Source of the DNA: Hypanus sabinus | Lineage: Eukaryota | Assembly: GCF_030144855.1 (NCBI RefSeq) | Contig: NC_082710.1 | Location: 169,880,001 to 169,944,000 of the forward strand | DNA: 64,000 bases | Direction of reading: 5' to 3' | Shown here: piece after piece, positions 12,670-25,290 of the stretch | Numbering within the stretch: position 1 is the stretch's first letter | How the letters are laid out: every line of letters starts with the position of its first letter | Notes under the pieces: generated by a model | What the model saw: the letters and a program-made list of their open reading frames with translations, nothing else | What the model was told of the DNA's origin: nothing | The model's database searches: none | Translations under genes and position numbers: made by a program

Positions 12670-15255
12670 GTCAGGCTTTAGATGTTTCAGAAAGGACAGG
12701 GAGGGAGACAAAAGAGTTGGGAGTATGGCACTGTTGATCAGAGATAGTATCACAGCTGCAGAAAAGGGAGTAAGTCGTGGAGGGATTGTCTACGGAGTCT
12801 CTGTGGGTGGAAGTTAGAAACAGGAAGGGGTGAATAACTCTACTGGGTTTTTTTTGATAGACCACCCAATAGTAACAGGGACATCAAGGAGCAGATAGGC
12901 AGGCAGATTCTGGAAAGGTGTAATAATAAAAGGGTTGTTGTGGTGGGAGATTTTAATTTCCCAAATATTGATTGGCATCTCCCTAGAGCGAGGGGTTTAG
13001 ATGGGGTGGAGTATGTTAGGTGTGTTCAGTCAGGTCTCTTGACTCAGTTTGTGGATAAGCCTACAAGAGGAGAGGCTGTACTTCATCTGGTATTGGAAAT
13101 GAACCTGGTCAGGTGTCAGATCTGTCAGTGGGAGAGCATTTTGGAGATAATGATCAAGATTCTATCTCTTTTAACATAACATTGGAAAGGGATAGGAACA
13201 GACAAGTTAGGAAAGCGTTTAACTGGAATAAGGGAAAATATGAAACTACCAGGTAGGAACTTGGAAGCATAAATTGGAAACAGATGTTCTCAGGGAAACG
13301 TACAAGAGATATTTGCATGGAGTTTTGCATAGGTACGTTCCAATGAGACAGAAAAAAGACAGTAAGGTACAAGAATCGTAGTTTACTAAGACTGTTGTAA
13401 ATCTAGTCAAGAAGAAAAAAAGAGCTTACGAAAGTTTCAAAAAAACTAGGTAATGGTAGATATCTAGAAGATTATCAAGCTCGCAGGAAGGAGCTTAAGA
13501 ATAAAATTAGGAAAGCCAGAAGTAGCCATGAGAAGACCTTGATGGACAGGATTAAGAAAATCCCAAGGCATTCTACTTAATAAATACTTTGCTTCAGTAT
13601 TCACTACTGAAAAGGATCTTGGCGATTGTAGGGATGACTTACATTGGACTGAAAAGTTTGAGCATGTAGATATTAAGGAGGAGGATGTGCTAGAGCTTTT
13701 GGAAATCATTAAGTTGGACAAATCATCAGGACTGGATGAAATGTATCCCAGGCTACTGTGGGAGTCTATGGAGGAGATTGCTGGGCCTATTGCAATGATC
13801 TTTGAATCACCAATGGGGACGGGAGAAGTTCTGGAGGGTTGGAGGGTTGCGGATGATGTTCCTTCATTCAAGAAGGGGAGTAGAGATAGCCCTTTGAATT
13901 ATAGGCCATTGAATCTTAAAAAGTTGATGGAGAAGATCCTGAGAGGCAGAACTTATGAACATTTAGAGAGGTATAATATGATTAGGAATAGTCAGTATGG
14001 CTTTGTCAAGGGCAGGTCATGCCTTACAAGCCTGATTGAATTTTTTGAGGATGTGACTAAGCACATTGATGAAGGTTGAACAATAGATGTAGTTTTTTTT
14101 GGATTTCAGCAAAGCATTTGACAAGGTACCCCATGAGAAAATAAGGAGGCATGTGATCCAAGGGGGCATTGCTTTGTGGATCCAGAACTAGCTTGCCCAC
14201 AGAAGGCAAAGAGTGGTTGTAGATGGGTCATATTCTGCATGGAGGTCGGTGACCAGTGGTTTGCCTCAGGGATCTGTTCTGGGACCCTACTCTTAGTGAT
14301 TTTTATAAATGATCTGGATGAGGAAGTGGAGGGATGGGTTAGTAAATCTGTTGATGACACAAAGGTTGGGGGTGTTGTGGAGAGTGTGGAGGGCTGTCAG
14401 AGGTTACAGCAGGACATTGATAGGATGCAAAACTGGGCTGAGAAGTGGCAGATGGAGTTCAACCCAGATGAGTGTGAGGTGATTCATTTTGGTAGGTCAA
14501 ATATGATGGCAGAGTACAGTATTAATGGTAAGACTCTTGACAGTGTGGAGGATCAGAGGAATCTTGGAGTCAGAGGCCATAGGACACTCATAGCTGCTGC
14601 GCAGGTTGTCTCTGCGGTTAAGTAGGTATACAGTGTATTGACCTTCATTAATCGTGTGATTGAGTTTAAGAGATGACAGGTAATGTCGCAGCTATATAGG
14701 ACCCTGGCTACACCCCACTTAGAATACTGTGCTCAGTTCTGGTCATCTCACTACAGGAAGGATGTGGAAACTATAGAAAGGGTGCGGGGTATAGGATGTT
14801 GCCTGGATTCGGGAGCATGACTTATGAGAACAGGTTGAGTGACCTCGGTCTTTTCTCCTTGGTGAGACAGAGGATGAGAGATGACCTGATAGAGGTGTAC
14901 AAGACAATGAGAGGCATTGATCGTGTGGATAGTCAGAAGTTTCTTCCCAGGGCTGAGATGGCTAGCACAAGAAGGCACAGATTTGAGGTGCTTGGATGTA
15001 TGTACAGAGGAGATGTCAGGGGAAAGTTGCTTTAGGCAGAGAGTGGTGACTGTGTGGAATGGACTGCTGGCGATGGTGGTGTAGGTGGATACGGTGGGGT
15101 CTTTAAAGAGACTCCTGGATAGATACATGGAGCTTAGAAAAATAGAGGGCTACGGGTAACCCTAGGTAATTTCTATAGTAAGGACATGTTCGGTATAGCT
15201 TTGGGGCCTGAAGGGCCTGTATTATGCCGCAGGTTTTCTATGTTTCTATGTTTCA
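12670..15255 (+). mobile_element. 5'-truncated CR1 LINE ORF2 (APE endonuclease + RT), disrupted
   Basis: VGDFNFPNIDW, PTRGEAVL, SQYGFVKGRSCLTSLIEFFEDVT, SKSVDDTK, WAEKWQMEFN motifs; (TTTCTATG)n tail at ~15235-15253; many stops and frameshifts. Confidence 0.9.
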
Positions 15256-17384
15256 AATAAATAAGTAAATAATGCAAAATGAGGTTTTGTTAGTGGGTCC
15301 AGAAATCTGTTGGTAAAGGCAAAGAATTGTTCCTAAAGCACTAAGTGTGGGTCTTCAGGCTCCTGTACCCTCTCCCAAATGGCAGATGCACATCTTACTT
15401 CTCATTCCTTCCTCTAGGCAAAATGGATCACACATTTCCCGCAAAAACAGTAAACCCGGTGCAAGACACGGTTAAGCCAGAGAAAGCGCAAAGGAAGGAT
15501 GTTGTCAAGGCTCAAGATCCTGAGTTACATACAACATGATGGAAGTTTGAGTGTAGACTCTGAGGAGTGACTGTACAGAGGTATGTAAGATCATGGGGTG
15601 GGGGGGTCTGAGGTGGACGATGCATACAATCTTTTTCTCAGGGAGGGAAAATAAAACCAGAGGGCATAGATTTATGGCGGGGGATAAGATTTAAAAGGGA
15701 CCTATGGGGCAACCTTTGACACAGGCGGTGGTGAGGTGTGGAATGGGTGCCAGAGAAAGTGGTTAAAATAGGTAGAATAACAGCATTTGAAAGACATTTT
15801 CACAGGTACCTGCACAGGGAAGGTTTACCACAAAGAAGCCCTACGCATTCCTGGCTACATCAATGAAGTTGAGGTTGAGAGCTTCAAGTTCCAAGGATCG
15901 GATATCTCCAATAGCTTGCCCTGGTCCAATCGCTTGGTCAAGAAAGCCCATCAATGCCTCTGCTTCCTCAGGAGGCTGTAGAAATTTGGCATGTCCCCAT
16001 CAATCCTTACAAATTATTATCGATGCACCATAGATGCATCATTCTAGTTATCTGCCCTCCCCACCCCACCCTCGTCCAACTATTACCTCAGTCACTGCAC
16101 TGTACTCGAGGCACTACACAGAGGCACAAACTTTTCAGAGACCTTCAGAAAGGCACATAAATGTGAGGAAAAGGAAAGGATGTAAACAGAGGGGATTAGT
16201 TTAGTTGGCCATATGATTGCTAATTTATTTTTTCTAGCACATCATTTTGGGCTGAAGGGCCTGTTCCTGTGCTGTACTCTTCTGTGTTCTATGTTCTAAA
16301 CTACTTTTGATAATGCTGTTTACATTGCAAATACTCTACAGGAAGTTATTTATGTATTTATCCACATTTCATTCCATATCATTACATCAACATCTAACTT
16401 ATTATTATATCATAGTTTATACTTCAGAGATTTTGAATGCTGTTGTTTTTCCCTATTGCATTTCATGCCGACAAATTCCTAATACATATCTGGTTGATCG
16501 AATCAGGAAGCATCCTGTCAGGCTGTATGACAGCTTGATGTGATAAATGCACTGCACATGACCGCAAGAAACTGCGGACAGTTGGAGACACAGCTTGAAG
16601 CATCCCTGGAAGCCAGCCTCCCTCCATGGACTACTCATTGCCCCAGTAAAGCAGCCAGCATAATAAGAAAGCCCACCCAGGCTGGAAACTCTGCCTTCTC
16701 TCCTCTTGCATTGGGCAGAGTTTACAAAAGCCTCAGTATGCATTCCAGTAGGCTCCAGGACAGTCTGTTGCTGTGGGTCTATTAAAGGGCCCCTCAGTAA
16801 GAGGAGATGGACTCTTGGCATCACAATTAACCTCATAATGACTTTGCACCTTATTGTCTACCTGCACTGCACTTTATCTGTAGCTGCCACACTCTCAGTT
16901 ATTGTTTTTCCTTGTTCTACCTCAAAGTTCAATATATATGTAGATATATATTCGAAGAATGTATTCTGTATTCAACCTTGAGATTTGTGTCCTTAATGGC
17001 AGCCACAAAACAAGGAAACCCAATAGAATATATTCAAAGACCTTTGAAAGTCCATTGTGCAGAGATTTAAAAAAAAACAAATCTTGCAAACAATGGAAGT
17101 AAGCAAATAGCATTCAGAAGTGTTCATGAAAGTGAGTCCAGCCTGTTGGTTGCAGGTCACAGCCTCAGTTCAATACAGAGATGAGTGAACCTCACAGAGC
17201 TGTGAGCTGAACCAGCCCATCCCTCCCCTCTAGCTCTGACACACTGACCTTTCAATCTAGCCAGGGGCTTAATCTTAATCCATGTGATCTGTATCAACAG
17301 GAAACAAGACAAGCTTTTACTGTACCCCAGTACATGTGACAATAATAAATGTGACAATTCCAATATCAAACACAAGCAAATCAA

Positions 17385-17554
17385 ACACGAGGAAACCTGC
17401 GGACACTGGAAATTCAAACAACACTCACAAAATGCTGGTGGAAGGCAGCCGGCCAGGCAGCGTCTACAGGGAGAAGTACCGAGACGTCGACAGCGCTTCT
17501 CCCTATAGATGCTGCCTGCCCTGCTGCATTCCACCAGCATTTTGTGTGTGTTGT
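17385..17554. mobile_element. Short palindromic Penelope-derived insertion with 11-bp TSD
   Basis: Inverted arms (caacac..caaaatgctggtggaa.. / ..ttccaccagcattttgtgtgtgttg); TSD AAGCAAATCAA at 17374-17384 and 17555-17565. Confidence 0.75.
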
Positions 17555-19929
17555 AAGCAAATCAATCTAGTTTAGACAGAAAGCATGGTGCATGGGTGAG
17601 ATGGATGGAAGGATCTATTTCTGTGCAGTTTTGCTCTTCGACTCCTTGACTGAAAGAGTTAACGCAATAAAATGTGTTTTTGAAATGTTTGTGATTCTTG
17701 GTAAATAGCCCACAGCCAATTGAGCATCTACATTCCTGTTACTGCTTGGAAAAATCACCAAACATCTTGAAATCTGTACCTACACTGATTTCCTGACATA
17801 CCACATTCTTCTGTTCTATTTCAGTTCTTGTTTATCTTTCAGTAACAATCCACTGCCTTGTCTTAAGGGGATCAAGACTGATGGTATTAGAAATTATTTT
17901 ATGTATTTGATGCTGGAGTGTTGCCCGAGTAGCATAATTGATGCAAAATACCTGTGATCAGTGAGATATTTACTCCGAACTGTTGTTTTGAGATCCACTA
18001 TCTTTCTCCTTCCAGTCCGCATCCTAAACATAAAAAGAGTAAAGTTGTCCTGATGATTACAGCTGGTTTTGGAAATCCTGCATTTTCCCATGCCCCCCAC
18101 CCCAATCATTCCCATCACCCGTCCAGTCCTATCATCCCCGTGACAGGACCTCACCACAATATCATCAATGACCCCACCCCCTTCCAGCTCACAGAGGGTA
18201 CTAAATTCTTGATTTATATGTGCAACAAAGGTTGCAGGGAGAAGGCAGGAGAATGGAAACAGTTGATCACAATCCACGGCGGGTAGAGAAACTGAGCCAA
18301 TATTCCCCACCTGAGATCCACTGTCAGAGCTGCATCGCTAACCCCAGCTTCTCCCTCTGCAGATGCTGTCTTACTTGCTGAATGTTTCCAGCCATTTTCT
18401 TTCAGAATTCCAGCATCTGTTGTTGTGTTCTACATTCTCTGCTTCTCTTTTTTCTTCATGCAAGGATGTAGATCATTTATCTCGTGTACCTCCAAACATC
18501 AAAATACCCAGTGAATCACATCATTCACCCCAATGACCAGCACAGTCCAAGGATGTGCTGGGGGCAGCCCGTAAGTGTCGCTGCGATGCCAACGACATCA
18601 ATGCATCCATACAACTTACAAACCCTGACTGTACTGTTGCAATCCAAAGGAAGTTAGTTCATCATTTTTGCAACCGGAATTCATTGTCAGCTGATCTTCT
18701 GTCCCTGGTCAAGGTCAAAGTTTTGTTCATTGCCCTCTGCACAAGTACATACATATAAATGCAATGGAAAGCTTATCTGTGGCAGCACCACAGGCACATA
18801 GTATCGGAGACAAAACAACCACGATAAAAACCTAAGCAAAACTGATTTATGCAAGAAAGGACTCAATTTAAACAATATATAGGTCCACTGTAGTGTAGAA
18901 CGGTTATAGAGAGTATTGTTATGCTGAGATAGCGATTAGTTCAAGAATCAGAATTAGAATGAGATTTATTTCAACTGATATATGTCATGAAATCTGTTGC
19001 GTTACAGCAGCAGTATAAGGCAATACCTTAAAAATCACTATAAGTTACAATAAGAAATATGAAAAATAGAAATAAGTCATGCAAAAATAGAGAGCAAAAC
19101 ATGAGGTACTGATTACAGGTCCATTCAGAAATCTGATGATGGAGAGGTAGAACGTGGTCCTTCAACCTGCAAGAACTGAATGGTTGAAGCGAGGCTGTGG
19201 TTCTTGAACCTGGTTGTGTGCGACTACAGGCTTCTGTACCCCCTGCCTGACAGTAGGTACGAGCAGGTATTATGGCCTGGATGGTGGGGATCTTTGATGA
19301 TGGATGTTGCCTTCTCTTGAGTGAGCAGCTCATGCAGATTCCACTGATGGTGGGGAGGAGTAGGATATACTGGGCAAAATGCACTACTCTCGGCAGCTTC
19401 TTAAATTCCTGCACATTCGAGTTGCCATACCAGATGGTGATGCAACAAGTCAGGATGTTTTCAACAGTAATCAGACGTCTATTTCTGCCATATTCTCCAT
19501 CCCATGGTGCATTTCTAACCAGTCATAAGCCTCACTCTTTTGGTTGGTGTGCTGAAAAGTCTGCTTCTGTACGCCTTCCAGGTTTTCTGAAACATGACCA
19601 TTGGTCCCCGTCTGTCTGAAGGATGAAGTGGTTGGCCATTGGAACATACAGTACTGGGGCTCATGGAGTACTGGGTAAGTGTCCTCTGTAAGGTCAACAT
19701 GAATGCCCGATGAACATAGTTTAGTTAAAAATTGCAAGAAAGTCAACCTCACTGGAGGAGTTTCCTGTGTCATCCACTGGGCTGAGAATCAAGTGTACCT
19801 AATTGTAGTTTTTAAAAAGTTATGTTAGTTGTTTCCATGGAACCATCATGGTTTAGGAAGGCTGAACAGATTACATGTTCTGTAACTTTAGAGGACACTA
19901 CTCAAGTACACATCCCAGCATTCTTTAGG

Positions 19930-20255
19930 TTCAGGGCCCTAAGCAGTCTCTCCAGGTGGGGGAGTCCTTCACATGTGAACACTTTGTAGTTATTGCTGAT
20001 GGTGCTCCTGGCATGTTCTTTCTACATCAGAATAATCAAATGCAGGGTGGACGGCCACCTTGTTGGGCACCTTTGGTCCATCCGCCCTATCACCCAGGAT
20101 CTCCCAGTGGCTAGCCATTTCAATTCCACTTCCCATTCACACACCGACATGTTTGCCCACATCCCCCTCCACTCCCAGGTTGAGCGATTAGAGGAACAGA
20201 AGGTCATTCTGCCTTGGCTTTCTCCAGCCTGACAGCATCAACACGGATTTCTCTA
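19930..20255 (+). mobile_element. Penelope-like GIY-YIG 3' fragment
   Basis: GPKQSLQV.. / PVASHFNSTSHSHTDM..RLEEQ motif, homologous to 30240-30545. Confidence 0.6.
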
Positions 20256-20421
20256 ACATATTAACCTCCTGTTGACCAGAAGAAACTGCAGTCTGATCAA
20301 AAACAGGGGAAGCAGACGAGCCAGTTGTCGTTGTTTCCCCCATTTTGCAGACTCTTGCTCTTGGATCATCTAATCAGAGCAACTGAACGTGGACACGGGA
20401 AGCTTCAGGTAGTGATCTGCT

Positions 20422-20822
20422 AAACCTGAGACCATTCTCAAACAAGTAGCCGTTAGTTATGTAAAGGGAATGGACTCTGAACTGTTCCTTGCTCTGGGTC
20501 AATCTCAACAAAGCAATAAACCTGAGACCATTCTCAGACAAATAGCAACTTGTAATGTAAAGGGCACGGACTCAGAACTGATCCTTGCTCTGGGACAATC
20601 CAATCAGAGCAAAAAAACCTGAGACCATTCTCAGACAAATAGCCGTTAGTTATGTAAAGGGAATGGACTCAGAACTGATCCTTGCTCTGGGACAATCTAA
20701 TCAGAGCAATAAACCTGAGACCATTCTCAGACAAATAGCCGTTAGTTATGTAAAGGGAATGGACTCAGAACTGATCCTTGCTCTGGGATAATCCAATCAG
20801 AGCAAAAAACCTGAGACCATTC
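20422..20822 (+). repeat. 96-bp tandem repeat (4 full units + start of a fifth) upstream of the retroviral gag remnant
   Basis: AAACCTGAGACCATTC at 20422, 20518, 20615, 20711, 20807 (spacing 96/97/96/96). Confidence 0.95.
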
Positions 20823-21149
20823 ACAGAGGAGTAGCTACTTGCAATCTTGCTAATTACATCAGACCTGCAATCGGTAATCTCCTTGGACTCTGTCTGGGTT
20901 GCCTCATTTAATGGTTTGCACCAGTCAGAGTGTAGACACAAATACAGAAGGCTAGGGTGGGCAGTGCCATGAAGCAATGTTGGCTGTAGCCCTGTACGAT
21001 GACCAGTATGAAGGTGACCCATGAAGGCCATGGGTTGGAGATCCAATGGTTCAATTGATGAGGAACAGAATGAGACTCAGGAGCTCAAACACACAGGGGC
21101 AATAACTCTCTCACAGCCAGAGATCAACCATCGCGGATAAGGAGGACCC

Positions 21150-23792
21150 CAGGGACATGTGGAGATCTGGGACTGGGTAGTTAGCAGTTACTGACCCAGG
21201 ATGAAGAATTCAGGAAATTCTGCAAATCCACAGGGCATGGATTGATTTGACTGGAGGGGACACCTCCAGAAATACGTGCTGGGGAAGTGGCCACAATATG
21301 AGGAGTTTGTCGGTCTCTGGCTGTGAAGGGGAAACTGCTGGTGATGATCTTTGGAAAATAGCCCAAGGGGAAGCTGTTGAGCCGGAAGTTTAAACAATTA
21401 CAAAAACCACTCACGTTGACTGCTCCTTGCAACGGATGCTGCCCGACCTGCTGAGTTCATCCAGCCTTTTTGTACATCTTGATTTGACCACAGCACCTGC
21501 AGTGTACTTTGTGTTCACAAAAACCATTCGCAGTTGGTTGCTTAATTGAGGATTTGGTAGAATTACGACAAAATGCTCTAGCAGAACGGCACAGATTAGA
21601 ATAGGAAAATGAAGGTCGGCATAAAGCTGAAACCGAGTGAGATAGTTTGAAGGAGAACACAAAAAGCTCCAAAAGGAGGTAGAAACCTTTAGAGAAAGGG
21701 CTACTGATTTACAGGGTCGAGGGGTACGGACTTGATACATATGAACCAGTTTCAGTTGAAGTGTGAGAAATTACATAAAGAGAAAAGTAAACTGGAGGAA
21801 GCAGCCACACTAGCAAAGGATGAAGTGGAAGGATTAAGGAAACAGTGCAGTGATTTAAAGACAGCTATGAATGTGATTTAGAATTCAGCACAGGAAAGAA
21901 TGAGTAACATCGGAGATCATGCAATGTGTTGAAAGCATATTCAAAAGCTGCAGGACCAAACTTGCAGCAGAGCTAGGAATGATATGTGCTTTTGGATTGG
22001 AAAAAGGGGAGGAAAGTGAATATGAAGATATTGATTGGCGTGATTTAGCAGATGAAGCTAATAGATGCGGTTACGATAATTATGAAGCACCATTTCCCGA
22101 GGAACTCCCACTGACACCCTACCAACGACATCCGGTGCTACCATCTGCATGAATGGCACCCTTAGTTACTATCAGAGGGGGGGAGCAAGGGGAGCAAATC
22201 AAAGTCAGAATATAACATACACCGCATTGTTCGGGGTACAGCAGCTTAGAGATATTGCTAAAGGTATCGGGACATGTGTGCGTGGAGACCATCCTCGAGG
22301 GCTTTTCCAAGCAACTAGTCATCAGAGAATGAGACATAGCCTAGACGACTCTGAGGAAAGGAAACTGATTATAATGTTTTTGCACCAAACTATGCACTAA
22401 GCTTTGCCTGATATACAATGACACGGTGGGGGAACAAGTGAGGAAATGAAAAACGCAATAATGACTGTTGTGGGAGTTAACGGAGGGGAGCCGGTAGATG
22501 CGCTAGCCAAATGTTACCAGAGGAGAGGAGAACATCCCACTGTATTTGCATCCCGTTTATGGACTATGTTCCAAGGGGTTCACAGGACAGCATTAGAGTG
22601 GACCATTTAGGACCAGAGGCATCAAATAGACAGTCGAGGACACTGGTGTCTCACTGTACTGATGAATCTACAAAGGCACTGGAAATCTTTGATCATTCTG
22701 AACCCACACACACTGAGGCCTGGGTGCTGAGGAAAATGAGTTGAGTGCAGAAAAAGGAGATACAAAGACCGTCTAAACTGTCTAATGGGAAAGTGATTCC
22801 TGTTAAAAGTCAGGCACCTGCCCGGAGAAATGAGGATAGGAGACGCACCCTGAGGACCTCCTTGCCACACCACCAAGGGGCAAGGAAGGGCAGAGGAAAT
22901 GGACCAGGGCCAGGAACAGGGAGGACTGAAGGTGCAGTAATCAAATGCTATCACTGTGGTCAAGAGAGGCACATTAAGAGAGAATGTCCAAACCTGAGAC
23001 GAGAAAGGGCAGAGCAATGTGGTTTGCCCTCAGAGGGGCCAGAAAGATGGAGCCCACAAAATGGTGGCGATGCCACCATCCAGGGAATTGTACCCTGAGC
23101 TTCAGTGAGAGTGTCAGGCCTCACCAACGTGGGTGTGTGACACACGGTGGGATGAAACCGGAAGACCTCTAGTGAGTGGGAGGGTCGGAGGCTGCCCTGT
23201 TATCTTTTTATGGGACACTGGAGGATCCTGAACCACCGTCAACCCATTAATATAAATAACGTGAATTGGAGGCACAAGGTAAAATTAAATGGATTCACAG
23301 GACATTCACAAGTGAGTGTACCATTGGATGTTAGAATAGGAAACATAGCATTGAAACATAGCAATACTGTTGGGGGAATTACCCAGGGAGCAGGAACATA
23401 TTCTGGGGAGTGATTACATGGCCAAAGTGGGGCTTTGTTTTGACCCAGTTAATTGTATGATTTGGCAGATGCCAACTGGCATGAATAACATATACTATGT
23501 GTAGATCCCAGCTGGAGAACATCAGAATAGAATATGCACAATGGGTGAAATGTGGTTAAAACAAGAAGAGATGAGCAATGATCAGAAGGTGCAGCAAATT
23601 ATTGCACAGAACTCATGGGCATTTACAAGGCATAAGCATGACTGCGGAAAGATGGCTGGCAGAGAATGCATATAAGGTCCAGACCCCAAACCACAGAAGC
23701 AATATGGGTTTCCCAAAAAAGCAGAGGAAGATGTCGGTAAGGTAATACAGAGTTTGTTACAACAAGGGGTACTGAGGCCAGTGGCCTCCACC
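21150..23792 (+). mobile_element. Truncated retrovirus-like element: gag (coiled-coil region, CCHC knuckle), protease, RT N-terminus; decayed
   Basis: KCYHCGQERHIKRECP zinc knuckle (ORF 22745-23098); LWDTGG aspartic protease motif at ~23208; KHDCG..GPDPKPQKQYGFP..LLQQGVLRPVAST RT N-terminus; stops before the RT core; no LTR identified. Confidence 0.8.
21413..21516 (+). mobile_element. Short Penelope-derived insertion into the gag remnant
   Basis: ggatgctgcccgacctgctgagttcatccagc... text; TSD ACAAAAACCA(C/T)TC at 21400-21412 and 21517-21529. Confidence 0.7.
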
Positions 23793-24229
23793 ATGCACAT
23801 AGCAGGTAGGACCGCTGCTTCATGGCTCCTGGGACCAGATTCTATCCTAACATCCAGTGCTGCCCGTGTGGAGTTTGCATGCTCTCCCTGGGACCGAGTA
23901 GGTTTATGCCCATGCCGCTGTCTTGCAGTGATGACGAGCTCCCTCCATTGACATCAGTGCTGTAACTACTCTGTGACGGGATGGGACTCTCCCATGTTAT
24001 CCCATCTGTTCATGTTGACGGTGGCTGAATTTCACTCGCTACTCACAGCAAATTATGTCGGTGTTGTCTTTAAATCCTGGCACTCACTTCTCCATTGCAG
24101 GCTGGCCGCTGACAGTCATGCCATTCTCAATGCCCTCTGACATTAATACATCTATAAAACATCCCAACCTTTCAGTAAGGTTTCAGCTTGTTACTCACTC
24201 CAAGCTACTCATTAATCTTCACAAAACCT

Positions 24230-25290
24230 TAAATTAGATTCAAGCCTGTATCTCACCTTGAGGGATCCAATATCTTTATATAAAAGATCCAAACCCCTGG
24301 ATTACACTCCAGCCTGTAATTCACTCCTGGGGATCCATGATTCTGTACATATATTACTAATGTGATTACTTGAGTTGTGTATGGTGGTCTCCTAAGGGGT
24401 TCCAGCAGTTAGGACGGATTCCATTAAAGAAGAAAACCCATGCATGACTTTGCTTAACATGGAGAGGATGAGCTCGGCCAGCCACCTTATGGTCTTTGAC
24501 AGATTGGAGTCAGGACCTGTGACATGGAATGCAAGATAGCTGTGAATCCTTCACTGCTGCTATGATGTGTCATCATCTTCTGGCAGCTCCATCAGTGACG
24601 CTGATGAATCGCTCCCTGTCTGAACCTCCCCTTTGAGCTTACTGCCACGGGTGATCCTACCAGGAGCTAAGCACCAGATGGCTAATCTCCAGACGGCATT
24701 GCTTTCTCTGAACCCTTGGATTAGATTTCAGCTTGTAGTTCTTATTCTAATGTTGGCTCGTGGCCTAGTGGATAAGGTGTTGGTCTAGTGATCTGAAAGT
24801 CGCTGGTTCGAGCCTCAGCTGAGGCAGCATGTTGTGTCCTTGAGCAAGGCACTTAACAACACATTACTCTGTGACGACACCAGTGCCAAGTTGCTTGGGT
24901 CCTAGTGCCCTTCCCTTGGACAACATCGGTGGCATGGAGAGGGGAAGGCTTTCAGCTTGGGCAACTGCCGGTCTCCCATACAACCCTGCCCAGGCCTGTG
25001 CCCTGGAAACCTTCCAAGGTGCAAATCTATGGTCTCATGAGACTAACAGATGCCTATAAATTCTTATTCTATTTATGAGAAAAACACCAGGTGCATTATA
25101 CTATATATAAAATATACTCATTGATCTATATATCAAAGCCATAAATCCTTGGATTGTATTCCAGCCTGTACTCATTCCCAGGGACTAATTAGATCATATA
25201 TAAACCCCCAAACCCCTGAATTATATACCAGCCTGTAGCTCACTCCATGTATCTGTTATTCCACCAGACACCAGCCTGCAGTTCTTAAAC
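24230..25290. repeat. Degenerate satellite (aaacccctggattagattccagcctgtaactcactcc..) interrupted by an RTE-like fragment and a SINE
   Basis: Units at ~24235, 24290, 24710, 25140, 25210; another at ~26765. Confidence 0.55.
24750..25060 (+). mobile_element. tRNA-derived SINE with 11-bp TSD
   Basis: Pol III A box TGGCCTAGTGG and B box GTTCGAGCC, gtgtccttgagcaaggcacttaac core; TSD TTCTTATTCTA at 24739-24749 and 25061-25071. Confidence 0.85.

Noticed and set aside
17954-18286. His/Pro-rich ORF
   Set aside because: Low complexity, no convincing donor site or homology recognised
20422-20822. CRISPR-like array
   Set aside because: Whole 96-bp units repeat with no unique spacers; no cas genes; vertebrate context
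24755-24830. tRNA gene
   Set aside because: A/B boxes are the head of a TSD-flanked SINE; no complete cloverleaf seen
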